A stretch of 62,841 bases of DNA, the filler included, from Octopus bimaculoides (Eukaryota): assembly GCF_001194135.2 (NCBI RefSeq). It is 9 parts of 8 records of this genome, joined end to end, with 100 filler letters (N's around TTAATTAATTAA, not from the genome) between each part and the next. Parts side by side here need not be neighbours in the genome. Positions count along the whole stretch, not along the records: positions 20,724 to 33,677 come from NC_069006.1; positions 33,778 to 36,239 come from NC_069004.1; positions 36,340 to 41,240 come from NC_068986.1; 6 more parts are not named here. One strand, given 5' to 3'. Of the stretch, positions 25,040 to 36,430 are shown in pieces. Every line of letters begins with the position of its first letter. Position 1 is the stretch's first letter. A program made the position numbers and the translations under genes. The notes beneath the pieces were generated by a model, which made no database searches, was not told where the DNA came from, and worked only from the letters and a program-made list of their open reading frames with translations.

Positions 25040-25640
25040 ACAGCAAGTGAGGTGAGAGGTTAAGGAGAAAGACTAAGAATGAGGCCGGAGAGACGATGTA
25101 AACATGCGACAGGTGAATGGGAAATAGTGAGTGGGGTAAGACTAGGAAGAAATGAGGGGAGATAAAGAGAAGGGGAGGAGAAGAATAAACAAATATACAA
25201 CGTTGAAGGAGGAGGAGGAGGAAGCTAAGAAGAAAGAATTAAGGCGTGAGAGAGGAAGAGTTGGAACAAATATACAACAGCTGAAGGAGAGCGGTTAAGG
25301 AGAAAGACTAAGAATAAGGAGGGAGAGACTAAGAAGAAAAGAGGTGGAGAAGGAGACAAAACAGGTGAGAGGGAGGCAAAGGAGAAAGACTCAGAAGAAG
25401 TGAATGAATAAGAAAGAGAGGAGGAGGTAAAACAAATATACAACAGGTAAGAGGGAGGGTAAGAAGAAAGACTAAAAGGAAATGAAGGGTGAAGGGGAGG
25501 AAGGGAAAAATGAACATAGATAGTACGTGAAGGGGAGGAGATGGAGAAAGACTAAAAAGAAATGAGAGGGAGGATATAGGTGAGGCGGCGGAGTAAGACT
25601 AAGTGAAAAGTGAGAGGAGTAGAGAGAAGAATGGGATGAG
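25040..25640. repeat. Purine-rich (A/G) low-complexity tract
   Basis: Strong strand asymmetry, GA/GGA/GAA-rich. Confidence 0.7.
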
Positions 25641-25942
25641 ATAAAGTTTGTTTTTTAAAAGGTGTTTATGACAACAGTGGGTGATTTCATGAAAGGAGAA
25701 GGAAAAGGTGTGTGTTTATGACGTCCCATAAATGGTGTTGGTGGTGGATAGAGGGAGACGGTCTCGTGTACAGGACCCCTCCTTAACGATATCCACATTA
25801 ATAGGAACATTAACGTCATCATCATTATTTTTATTATTATCAGTAGCAACAACTGCAGCATCGAGAACATCGGCTCTGGTTGTCCCACCTCCTTCGACAA
25901 CAACCGGCATTTGATATATCCGTCACCACCGACAACAACAAC

Positions 25943-25979
<37 letters not shown>

Positions 25980-26609
25980 TATCCAAGAGCATTACCAACA
26001 GCAACGGCAGCGGAAGCAACCACGTCGATAACAACAGCACTATCAGCAGCAATACCACTTCAGCTGTCAATAATAATATTATTAATAATAATAATAATAA
26101 TAACAGTAACGCAATTCATCACCAACAGCAACATCATCAACAACATTAGCAACTCCTCCGCCGCCACCACCTCCACTACACAACCAGCAGCCACCACACC
26201 GACGCCACAACATTACTACCCACCAACATCAACGCCACCTAACAACAGCAACAAACAATTCTTTGGATTAATCTTGTGTACAATATCAGCTGTTAGGTGG
26301 AATCATTGAACCCTGTTGTCAGGGCAAGAATGTAGACCCCCTACAATAACAAGGATCAGAGGAAAAAGACTTGTAATCAAAAACCAAGAGCAAGATAACA
26401 GCTAGGACCCCTGCTGAACCCTGAAGGTCTAGATTTGAGAGGAGTTTCTAACAATGTGCAAGGATCAGTGTTATAAATAGCAGACAGGGCCTTGGTGGTG
26501 TGGATTTACTGCCAGACAGGATTTTGTGCCAAGACTCAGTTGAGGGGATGTAGATTACAACAACCTAAAGGAACCAAGAACTGAAGGATCAATATTGATA
26601 CACCTAGAC

Positions 26610-27060
26610 AAGACCCAGGAGGTGTGGATTATAGTACAATAAGGGTTTGCAGCAAGAACCAAGGCTCAGTTAGTAGCCAAGACCCAGGAGAGCTGGATTA
26701 CAGCAAGACAGTTTGTTTTGGGACCCAGGAGGGCTGGATTACAGTGAGACAGAAGTTTGCTTTGAGACTCAGGAGGGTTTGAAACTCAGGAGGGCTGGAT
26801 TACAACGAGACAGAAATTTGCTTTGAGACCCAGGAGGGCTGGATTACAGTGAGACAGAAGTTTGCTTTGAGACCCGACAAGGCTGGATTACAAAGAGACA
26901 GAAGTTAGTTTTTTGAGACCCATGAGGGCTGGATTACAAAGAGACAGAAGTTTGCTTTGAGACCCACAAGGGTTGGATTACGAGACAGAAGTTTGCTTTG
27001 AAACCCAGGAGGGCTGGATTACAGCAAGACAAGTTTGTAATTTGGCTCAGGAGAGCTGGG
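26610..27060 (+). repeat. ~44-bp minisatellite, about 9 degenerate copies
   Basis: Unit gacccaggagggctggattacagtgagacagaagtttgctttga. Confidence 0.9.
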
Positions 27061-27337
27061 CTATGGCAGAATAAGAACCTACAGCAAGAAACTAAGGGTT
27101 AAAATTATTACAAGTAGCAAGGATTGATGTGTGAATGATAACAAGTGTCAGAAATTGGATCAATAATCAAAAACCAATATCATAATCAGATCTCACTCAT
27201 CTCATCCAGACATCCAGGTCGAGTTTGGATTACAGCAAGTGCATTGGATCCAGATTTGGATTGCAAAACGTGTTTTAGAGTCAAGAACCGAGAAATTAGG
27301 GCAAAACTGGCAGAACTGGAATCCGAACCCGTGATTG

Positions 27338-27859
27338 ATGGATCCTGATAAAAGTGCAACAGACGATGGTGGTGCTGGGGGTGGTGGAGCTACTGCTGCA
27401 AAAGTGGTGGCAACACCAGAGTACAGCCCCATGGCATTTGCAAACGTCTCCAGCATAGAAGAAGGCCCCCAGTTGATCTTCCGTAGGCCACCGACTGCTC
27501 TCCCTGCTTTAACTGCCACATACCAGGGAAAGGGCGAAGGGGACAGCGGTGCGTCTTCTGTCACTTCGCAAGACAAGGAAGAGAAGACAGGCAGTGGGAG
27601 TAGCGACAGTGAGACAGAGAGAGGAAGGAGAGGAGAAGGAGGAGGAGAGGGAGATGAAGGAGACCAACGAAAAGATGAAGAGCAGGAGCAATGGGAAGAG
27701 GAAGAAGATGATGAAGATCAAGGAGATGGTAATCATGTTCATGATGATCATATTGTGAATGTTGGTGACAACAACGGTGATGGTGATAATGATGACGACA
27801 ACGATGGTGAAGATGATGATGATGACAATGGGGATGATGACAGCGATGATGATGACAGC

Positions 27860-27897
<38 letters not shown>

Positions 27898-30610
27898 CGA
27901 GAATGATGGTGAAATAGAAGAAGCGGCTGAAGAAAGCATATCTGGAAGAAGCGATGTCAACATTGAAAGCGAGCCACAAGAGGGAGCAACTGGTACAGCC
28001 ATCAAACACTGGAAGAAGGAAGAGAAGGAGGAGGAGGAGAGGGAAGAAGAAGAAGAAGAGCAACAACAACAACAACAGCAGCAGCAGCAACTACAACAAG
28101 ATGAGGAAGAGAAAGCCAAAGACTGGGAAGAGGTGGAAGAAGAAGAAGAAGAAGTAGAAGAAGAAGAAGAGCAACAACAACAACAGCAGCAGCAGCAGCA
28201 ACTACAACAAGATGAGGAAGAGAAAACCAAAGACGGGGAAGAGGTGGAAGAAGAAGAAGAAGAAGAAGAAGAACAGCAACAACAACAACAAGATGAGGAA
28301 GAAGTGGAAGCCAAAGAAGGGGAGAAGGTGAAGAAAGAAAAGGTCGAAGAAGAGGAAGAAGAAGAAGATAAAGACGAAGATGAACGTGTCTGTAGAGAAG
28401 TAGAAGAAGAAATACTGAAGGCAGATAGGAAAGTGAGAGACAGCAGTGAAGTGACGGCAGGGAAAGAGATTGAAGAAAGAGAGGAGCAGAGAGAGAGGGA
28501 GAAAGTGATAGGAGGAGAGAAAGGAGAAGAAGAGGATGAGGACGAGAAAGAAACAGAAGGGGAGAAAGAGGAAGAGGTTGAAGAAGCAGAGGAAAGAGAA
28601 GCAAAGAGTGAGGAAATGATAAGAGGAGGAGAACGATTAAGAGAAGAAGAAGAAGAAGAAGAGGAAGAAGAAGAAGAAGAGGAAGAAGAAGAAGGAGGAG
28701 GAGGAGGAATAAGACAGCTACAACATAAAGTAACAGATAAAAGTGATGATGAAGAGGAGGAGGTGGAGGAGGATATTAAAGAAGAAGAAGAAGAAGAAGA
28801 AGAAGACGAGGAGTATTTCAATATAGATGCCTGGCAATTAGGGAGCAAGCCATACCCGATCTCTGACCAATGGAACCTGTCTGATTCTTTGAGTACATGC
28901 GACACGGCAGAACTTTTGAACACAGTGGCAGATGAGTGCAAGTCAGGAATTGTTGCCAGAGACAACGAGGAGGAGGAGGAGGAGGAGGAGGGGGAGGAGA
29001 AGGGACACAGCGATTCTGATTCTGAGAGTGACCTTGCATCATTAGTCTTTGTGCCACAGTCGACTAAAATAACTGGTCTCCATGACAACAGCGATGTTTT
29101 AAGTTTAGATAGCAGTTTGGTATCACAAGATTTGGCCCCACAAGCTGGCAGAAGCAACAGTTTGCGTAAAAACAGGTCTCCATTAACCTTGGATAGTGAT
29201 GATTTGATTTCCCCAGTTTTGAACCCACAATCCAGCCGAATCGGTGATCTTCATGATGACAGCGACGCCTTCAGTTTTGATAGTGACATGACGTCAGCAC
29301 TTTTGGCTTCGCAACCTGATACAAGTGGCAGTCTCCATGACAACAACATCACAAGTCAAGAAAAGAAGCTGTTGTCATCACTTTTGACCCCACAAACCAA
29401 CAAAATGACCAGTCTCCATGACGATGACATCTCAAGCATAAACAGTGAACTGACATCATCGCTTTTGGCTCCAGAACCCAACAGGGTTGACGATGTTTGT
29501 GATGATGATGATGACCTGAGTTTAGACAGTGAGCTGACATCAAACCTCGTGGCTCCAGAATCCAAAAGAGTTGATGATCTCCCAGACGATGATGTCTTGA
29601 GTTTAGACAGTGAGCTGACATCGGTCCTCTTGGCTCCACCATCCCACAGAGTCGGAGATCTCCATGATGATGACGTTTCGAGTTTAGGCAGTAAACTGAC
29701 ATCAGCTCGTTTGGCTCTGCGACCTAATAGAATCAACGATCTTCCAGATGATGATGATGACTTGAGCTTAGACAGTCAGCTGACATCGGTCCTTTTGGCT
29801 CCACAGTCCGACAAAGTGAAAAATTTCCATGCTGATGATGTCTCAAGTTTAGGCAATAAACTGACATCAACTCGTTTGGCTCCACGACCTAACAGGATCG
29901 ACGATTTCCCAGATGATGATGATGATGACTTGAGCTTAGACAGTGAGCTGACATCGGTCCTTTTGGCTCCACAACATCATAGACTCAGTGAATTACTTGA
30001 CAGCAACAATGAAGATGATGACTCAAGCATAGATAGTAACTTGCCGTTATCTAATCCGGCTTTGCAGTCTGGAAGAATTAGCAGGCTCAGCATTGTTGAT
30101 ACAATCAATGATATCCGAAAGTCACCAGTTCCAACTCTGCAGCCCTCAAGGACCAGCAGGATCCAAAGCAAACCAATCACAACAAGATCTTGGCCAACAG
30201 TGGCCAGTTCCAAAGCTGAACCTCAAGACTGGAACTTGAATATCGGTACCTGGGTACCCAAATTGACTTCAACAATGACCACTCCAAAGAAGATCAGGTC
30301 TGCTATAGGAAGTGAGAAAAGGGCTGATCGCTTGCTTAAAACTCCACATCGACACAATCCAATATTTGAACAGCAAACTGAATCTAGGTATAAACCAAGA
30401 TCAAAGCAGAAACCTATAGCCAGACCTAATCCTAGAGACAAACATGAAGTTGAGTCATTACCAAGAGAGAATGGTCCATCTCCAAGAAAGCCAACCCAGT
30501 TTAGAAGTCAGCCAGATCCAGTGCCTCTTTCCATGTTTCTAACCCAGATACAAAGTAAGCTACCCATGGGGTACTATTTAGATGATGTTGAAGATGTCGG
30601 TGAGAAAAAG
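27338..30610 (+). CDS. Large coding exon of an uncharacterised acidic, low-complexity, repeat-containing protein
   Basis: Stop-free for ~3.27 kb despite many trinucleotide tracts (D, E, Q runs). First ATG at 27338 after an in-frame TGA. AAG|GTAAGC donor at 30610/30611 followed by T-rich intron-like sequence, so the ORF track's last ~24 aa are probably intronic. Confidence 0.75.
29012..30002 (+). repeat. Coding tandem repeat, ~12 x ~27 aa (DDDDLSLDSELTSVLLAPQSxRVxDLH)
   Basis: Visible in both DNA (gacagtgagctgacatc...ttggctcc) and protein. Confidence 0.9.
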
Positions 30611-31016
30611 GTAAGCAACTTTGAATTGTATTTCATTTGTTTTTTAAGGAATTTATTTTATTTGTTTTTATGTCCCTATTGGTAAACAATGGGCCAAATA
30701 CTAGTCATGGATTTCAAAATAACCAATTACTGATTTACTGCATTTCCGAGGGGTGATACTGACAAGCGAGTGTCTGTAGCCCAGTGTGGAACAAATATCA
30801 CATGGGAGACGGCTTCTGTTTTGTTTTTCAGCTTTTCTTTTCTTGCCCATGTTTTACATTTTTTTCAGCAAGGTAGACCAGCAAATCACACACGCACATA
30901 TATGCACACGCATGTACACATATTCACACACACGTACATACATACATGACTATGTATATGTTTATGCTTGTATGTGTGTGTCCATGTGCATTTACATGTA
31001 TATTAAATTTGCATAT

Positions 31017-31073
<57 letters not shown>

Positions 31074-31236
31074 TATATCCAAGATAGTTAGGGGTTGTGA
31101 ATCCAACCCACTAAGGAATAATATCTATCCAATATACTGCCGGAAGAATACCCAATTATTATTACATTAGTGTTTTTTCATTGCATTACCAACTGTAATA
31201 AATGGGTGTGGGTAAAAAGATATTTTACCATTACTT

Positions 31237-31464
31237 TATATAGCAATAAGAAAATGGAGGGGAATAGGTGGTATTCATCAACTTATAGACATTATATTAT
31301 ATGAATTTACCTGTTTATTTGTTTACTAAAAGGACAATAATAGCAATATGTGTTTGTATATTGTTATTATTGTCCTTTTAGTAAACAAATAAACAAGTAA
31401 ATTGACACAATACAATGTCTGCAAGTTGATGAATACCACCTATTCCCCTCCAATTTCATATTGC

Positions 31465-31470
<6 letters not shown>
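31237..31470. mobile_element. 234-bp near-perfect palindrome (fold-back MITE-like), TA-flanked
   Basis: Arms 31237-31349 and 31358-31470 are reverse complements with a few mismatches; 8-nt loop. Confidence 0.7.
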
Positions 31471-31500
<30 letters not shown>

Positions 31501-31501
31501 C

Positions 31502-31725
31502 ATACATCATCATTGTCATCATCATCATCATTTAACGTCCATTGTCCATGCTGGCATGGGTTGGACAGTTTGACCAGGGCTGGTAAGCTGGAAGGCTGCA
31601 CCAGACACCAGTCTGATTTGGCATGGTTTCTATGGCTGGATGGTTTCTATGTACTCGGTGCTTTTATGCGGCACTTTTATATGGCACTGCATGGGCACTG
31701 TTACATGGCACCAGTAAAACACTCT
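31502..31725 (-). mobile_element. SINE family F fragment
   Basis: Homologous to 22619-22935. Confidence 0.7.
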
Positions 31726-31739
31726 TGCAGGTCAATCCT

Positions 31740-32350
31740 CACCACCAGGAGGACCGGTTTTAACACTTCTGCTGTGGAGGATGTGTCTTCTTGAATGCAG
31801 CAGGGCACCAAGCATCTCAGTCTTTTGTCACCTCGTGCAAAAAGTTCAGCATCTTGAAGTCACTCTTCAGGACTTCATCCCATGTCTTCCTGGGTCTCTC
31901 ACTTTCATGTGTTCCATCTACTTTGAAAGACTGGCGCTTCTTTATAGAGCTGTCAGCATCCATCCGCATTACATGACCAAACTAGTACAGTCTTCTCTCT
32001 TTGCACACAGCAGGCTAATTCTTCTTATGCCTAACTTCTCTATCAAAACACTAGCACTCTGTCAAACATGTACACTTACATTACACATCCAGTGGAGCAA
32101 ACTAACCTCATTCCTTGCTAACTTTTGAATGACCTCTGCATTCAGGGCCCATGTCCCACTACCATGTAGAATTGCTGTCCATATACATGTATCATACACT
32201 CCAACAGAGGTAACAGCTCTCTGGAATTTCCTCCATTCTATTCTTATTCTAGCTATCACGCTCTCTATGCATCTTCCCCTACTACTAATTTGGTCCGCTA
32301 GGTAGCAGAAATTATCTGCTACCTTTAATGAGCCACAAGGGCATATGCAC
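31740..32350 (-). mobile_element. RTE-clade LINE 3' fragment
   Basis: FCYLADQISS.G.C...ARIR..WRKF...ILHGSGTWAL...RNE..LL.WMC...GHVMRMD...RPRKTWDEV; frameshifted. Confidence 0.85.
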
Positions 32351-33000
32351 TCATGGACACACACGTGCAGACATACATGAGTGAGTGAAGAAACAAATGA
32401 AAGAAAGTAGTACTCAGCACAAATTTGTTGAAGTTACATGAATTTAACAACTGTCTGATGCAGCTCCACATTATTTAAAGTTTCGTGTACCTACAGGACA
32501 CATCCACTCCAACAACATTCAGAGACGGAGTGGAGAGAATTACTTAAAAGAAATTTTAAATGGCTTCTACATGTACAGGCCTCCATTGGTCAATCCAGGT
32601 CACATGATTGCTTTTGCTATCAGAGTGACACCAGTTGCTTTATTGTTGAGTCCCATTTTTCCATGCAATTATGGATTAGCCCAACATTCCTCAATTAGGG
32701 TCTATTGGGCCCATGGGTGTCCATATAAAGTTTTGTTAAAATTTATCTGCTATAAATTGGTCATACTTCTGCAAAACATAAAACATTTTAACGTTTGTGT
32801 AAATGTAAACAAACAAATATTTGTTCTTTTATTAGAAGTACCAAAAATGTGTATTCTATGATACAAATAATACAATTTCAAACACAAAGCTGCCATGTAT
32901 TTCTGCTGTTCTAATGGCAATTCTGTGTTCGGAAAAAATATCATCTTATTTATAAGTTTCTTTTTTATACAATTGTTAATAATATTTGATTATAGAAATA

Positions 33001-33083
33001 CACATTATTTACATTTGACAGATATTTGCCCGCATTTTGTTTGTTGTTAACACAACGTTTCGGCTGATATACCCTCCAGCCTT
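33001..33083 (-). mobile_element. Truncated tail copy of the tRNA/hammerhead element
   Basis: rc aaggctggagggtatatcagccgaaacgttgtgttaacaac...; lacks CTGATGA. Confidence 0.8.
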
Positions 33084-33189
33084 GTTATTTGCTTCTTAAG
33101 GCACATAGGGGATGCAGGGTACCAGGGTACCTATACTAAAACTGGGATAAATATCAAAACTTACGTGTGTGTGTGTATACAGAATACAG

Positions 33190-33341
33190 TTCTATATTTA
33201 AGAGATGAGGAATTATGTAGATTATTTACATTACTTACATTTGATAGATATTTGTCCTCATCTTGTTTGTTGTTAATACGTTTCAGCTGATATACCCTCC
33301 AGCCTTCATCAGGTGTCTTGGGGAAATTTCAAACCTGGGTT

Positions 33342-33377
<36 letters not shown>

Positions 33378-33512
33378 TTAGTAGCCTGCGCCTTTAACCA
33401 CTACACCATATGGCTTAGTGGTTAAGAGCGCAGGCTACTAACCCCAAGATTCCGAGTTCGATTCAAGGCAGTGACCTGAATAATAATAATGATAATAATA
33501 ATAATAATGATA

Positions 33513-33547
<35 letters not shown>

Positions 33548-33677
33548 AATAACATCGAAAAATACCTTAGGAATGAGAACCCAGGTATGAAATTTCCTCA
33601 AGACACCTGATGAAGGCTGGAGGGTATATCAGCTGAAATGTTGTGTTAGCAACAAACAAGAGGAGGACAAATATCCG
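33190..33677. mobile_element. Palindromic twin element: back-to-back tRNA-like heads, each followed by (AAT)n and a minimal hammerhead
   Basis: Symmetry centre ccatatgg at 33406-33413. Right arm has A box tggcttagtgg and B box gagttcgattc; left arm lacks the B-box part. Hammerhead motifs at 33602-33647 (+) and 33274-33317 (-). Confidence 0.8.
33602..33647 (+). ncRNA. Minimal type-I hammerhead ribozyme motif (two CpG-type substitutions)
   Basis: gacac-CTGATGA-a-ggctg(gagggtatat)cagct-GAAA-tg-TT-gtgtt; the sister copy at 33045-33083 reads cagcc-GAAA-cg-TT-gtgtt. Confidence 0.7.
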
Positions 33678-33779
33678 NNNNNNNNNNNNNNNNNNNNNNN
33701 NNNNNNNNNNNNNNNNNNNNNTTAATTAATTAANNNNNNNNNNNNNNNNNNNNNNNNNNNNNNNNNNNNNNNNNNNNGT

Positions 33780-34800
33780 CTCTTCTATTTTTTTATTATT
33801 ATAAATTTTCTACTGAGGAGGGAGCGGGTTTCCAACAAAGCTACAAGACTCCATCATTGGGATGTAGTTAAGGCAGACAAATTCACATTTGGAAAATGAG
33901 AAAAGTCTTGTATATTTTTACTGTTCCACTCACAGATTGCATTTGTAATGTACGAATTAGCCGATCGATTTCTCTTTCTGAAAATCTCAGTTTATCCAGA
34001 TTCTCCTTTAACCATTTACTAACAAAGCCTAGTGCTCCAGATATTATTGGTATGGATATGAATTCATAGTCTGGAGATAGAAACTGGACCAACCAGGTAT
34101 CCCAGATGTTGGTATCAGCACTAGTAATGAAAATGCATTGTGGGATACTGTTTTGTTGTAAGAGGACTGCCATATTTTCGTAAGTCTGGTGTAATATTCT
34201 CGAGTCACTCTATCTTTATTCACAGTGCCTTCATGATACATTTTTGTCTATACCTAGGTACTTGTAACATTCTTTGTGTGGGATGGAGGAGATAGACAGA
34301 CCGTTGATGCACAGGTTTTGAGTTTGGGGGACTGACGTTCCTCGTTCTGTAACCAAATATGAACATTTCTATTGGCCAAATTCCATGCCTATATCAGCTG
34401 AAAATGTTATTAATTCCAGTTGCTTTTTTGGTATTGTTAACATTTTAGCATAAATCTTCAGGTCGTCTACAAAGAAATTATGAGTTACATTGATATTTCT
34501 AGCAGTTGAAGACCCTAGTATGTAACCATTTGTTTTCTGCAGTAGGAACGATAATGGATTCAGTGTCAAAGTGAAAAGAAGTACAGAAAGACTATCTCCC
34601 TGGAATATTCCCTTTGAAATGCCTCTTCTATCAGAAACAATTATTCTGTTCTCAATTGTAAGGGTAAGAATTGTTGTCCATGCCTTTGTGAGTCTCTCTA
34701 AGTATGTATGTTATCAATCAGTTTCATTTCTGTATTTCTTGTCCATAGAGAAAGAGTCGGACTCTAACATAGATTCAAGGCTCCTTCATTGGAACTTTTA
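33780..34800 (-). mobile_element. Internally deleted REL-type LINE (RT motifs + REL C-terminus)
   Basis: GIFQGDSLSVLLFTLTLNPLSFLL and FFVDDLKIYA (RT), then a jump to PDYEFISIPIISGALG...SGTVKIYKTFL. Confidence 0.85.
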
Positions 34801-34934
34801 TCAACATCATCTAGGTATTTGTGCATATGTGTGTGTGTGCAGTATTTGGTGTTAGTGTATGCGCAGATTTTTATGTTTGTTTTATGGATGCATTTTTATG
34901 CATATATTTTCATGTCTAGGTGCATGCATATGTA

Positions 34935-35335
34935 TTTATGTGCTAAATTTTTGGAAAGTTTTACATATCTTTACAGTTCCATTGATGGCTTGAATCTGTA
35001 GTCTTCTAATCAGCCATTTTCTTTCAGGTTTTGAGAACCCTAATTTTTCCAGGTTTTTGTTGAGGCAGTTCGTTGCATATCCCAATGCCCCAACAATCAC
35101 GGGTATGAATCTGAACTTGTAGTCTGGGTGGAGTATCTGCAAATTTCTCAGTAGCTCGGCGTAGTTGTTCTCCTTTCCTCTAATCTTTAGCGTGATGTTG
35201 ACATCCGCAGGACAGCTGATTTCTACTACTGTACGCAGTTTCTCTTCTCTGTCCCAGATTACTATATCCGGTATATTATGTCTGCACTTTATTGAGGTTT
35301 TTATTGGGACATTCCACTAATACTCTTTCATATTG
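34935..35335 (-). mobile_element. REL-type LINE 3' fragment (same family as 33780-34800)
   Basis: CRHNIPDIVIWDREEKLRTVVEISCPADVNI...PVIVGALG...GTVKICKTF. Confidence 0.85.
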
Positions 35336-35360
35336 TGAGTGGTAATGGCCTCTACCTCAT

Positions 35361-35394
<34 letters not shown>

Positions 35395-35421
35395 TGTATG
35401 TATGTATGCATGTATGTATAT

Positions 35422-35765
35422 GCGCAGGTGTGGGTGTGTGGTAAGAAGTTTGCTTCCTAACCGTATGATTCTGGGTTCAGTTCCACCTTGGGTAAGTGTT
35501 TTCTACTATAACCTCGCGCCGACCAAGACCTTGTGATTGGATTTCGTTGACGGAAACTGAAAGAAGCCAGTTGAATATGTACTTTTATCTATGTTTGTGC
35601 GTCTCTTAGTCCATGTTTGTCCACCACCACAGCTTGTCAATCGATGTTAGTGTGTTTACGTTCCCGTAACTTAGTGCTGTTGCAAAAGAGGTGATGGAGT
35701 GTGTACCAGAGTTAGTTAAAAACTCTATGAGTACTGGGGTTGATTTGTTTGAAGAAACCCTTCAC
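35422..35765 (+). mobile_element. SINE family B, diverged
   Basis: Homologous head and 3' body. Confidence 0.75.
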
Positions 35766-36111
35766 TGGGATTGAGGAAATTTAGGCGGTTAATACAGTCC
35801 GTATTCATGACGATACAGGCGAACAGGATGCACAGAAGGGAACAATGCTTCAGAAACAGAAAACATTCCACAGGAACTGAAAATTGCAGTGCATAATGTA
35901 ACAAACAAAATAACGGAAGTATTGGTGTTACATTTATTCTTAGGTTACAACCGTTTCAACAACACCATTTAACATGGCGGAAAACATACAACGAAGTAAA
36001 TAAGCAATGATTTTATATATCTGATCCATTGAAACGGGTGTAACCTAAGAGTAAATGTAATAACAATTCCTTCACTCTTTAACCTGTTGGTATACACACA
36101 CACACACACAC

Positions 36112-36205
36112 ATGGTACTTGTTTCAGCACCTCGAAAGGATGAAAAGCAAAGTCGAACGAAATGCCGCTAAGCATTTTGTCCGGTGTGGTAACAGTTCAG
36201 TTAAC
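36112..36205 (-). mobile_element. SINE family A fragment
   Basis: ggtacttg...cgaaaggatgaaaagcaaagtcgaac...taagcatttt. Confidence 0.6.
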
Positions 36206-36339
36206 CCGTCGTCTTAGTTATAATAACGTGTTTCACATTNNNNNNNNNNNNNNNNNNNNNNNNNNNNNNNNNNNNNNNNNNNNTTAATTAATTAANNNNN
36301 NNNNNNNNNNNNNNNNNNNNNNNNNNNNNNNNNNNNNNN

Positions 36340-36430
<91 letters not shown>

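Noticed and set aside
26720-27030. gctggattacag resembles Alu gctgggattacagg
   Set aside because: Short coincidental match inside a local minisatellite; no other Alu sequence.
26610-27060. CRISPR-like repeat array
   Set aside because: Units are contiguous with no unique spacers, in a eukaryotic context with no cas genes.
27748-29157. 469-aa antisense Ser-rich ORF
   Set aside because: Shadow of the GAA/GAT-rich sense ORF.
30611-30685. C-terminal 24 aa of the 1116-aa ORF
   Set aside because: Follows a consensus GTAAGC donor and is T-rich; probably intron.
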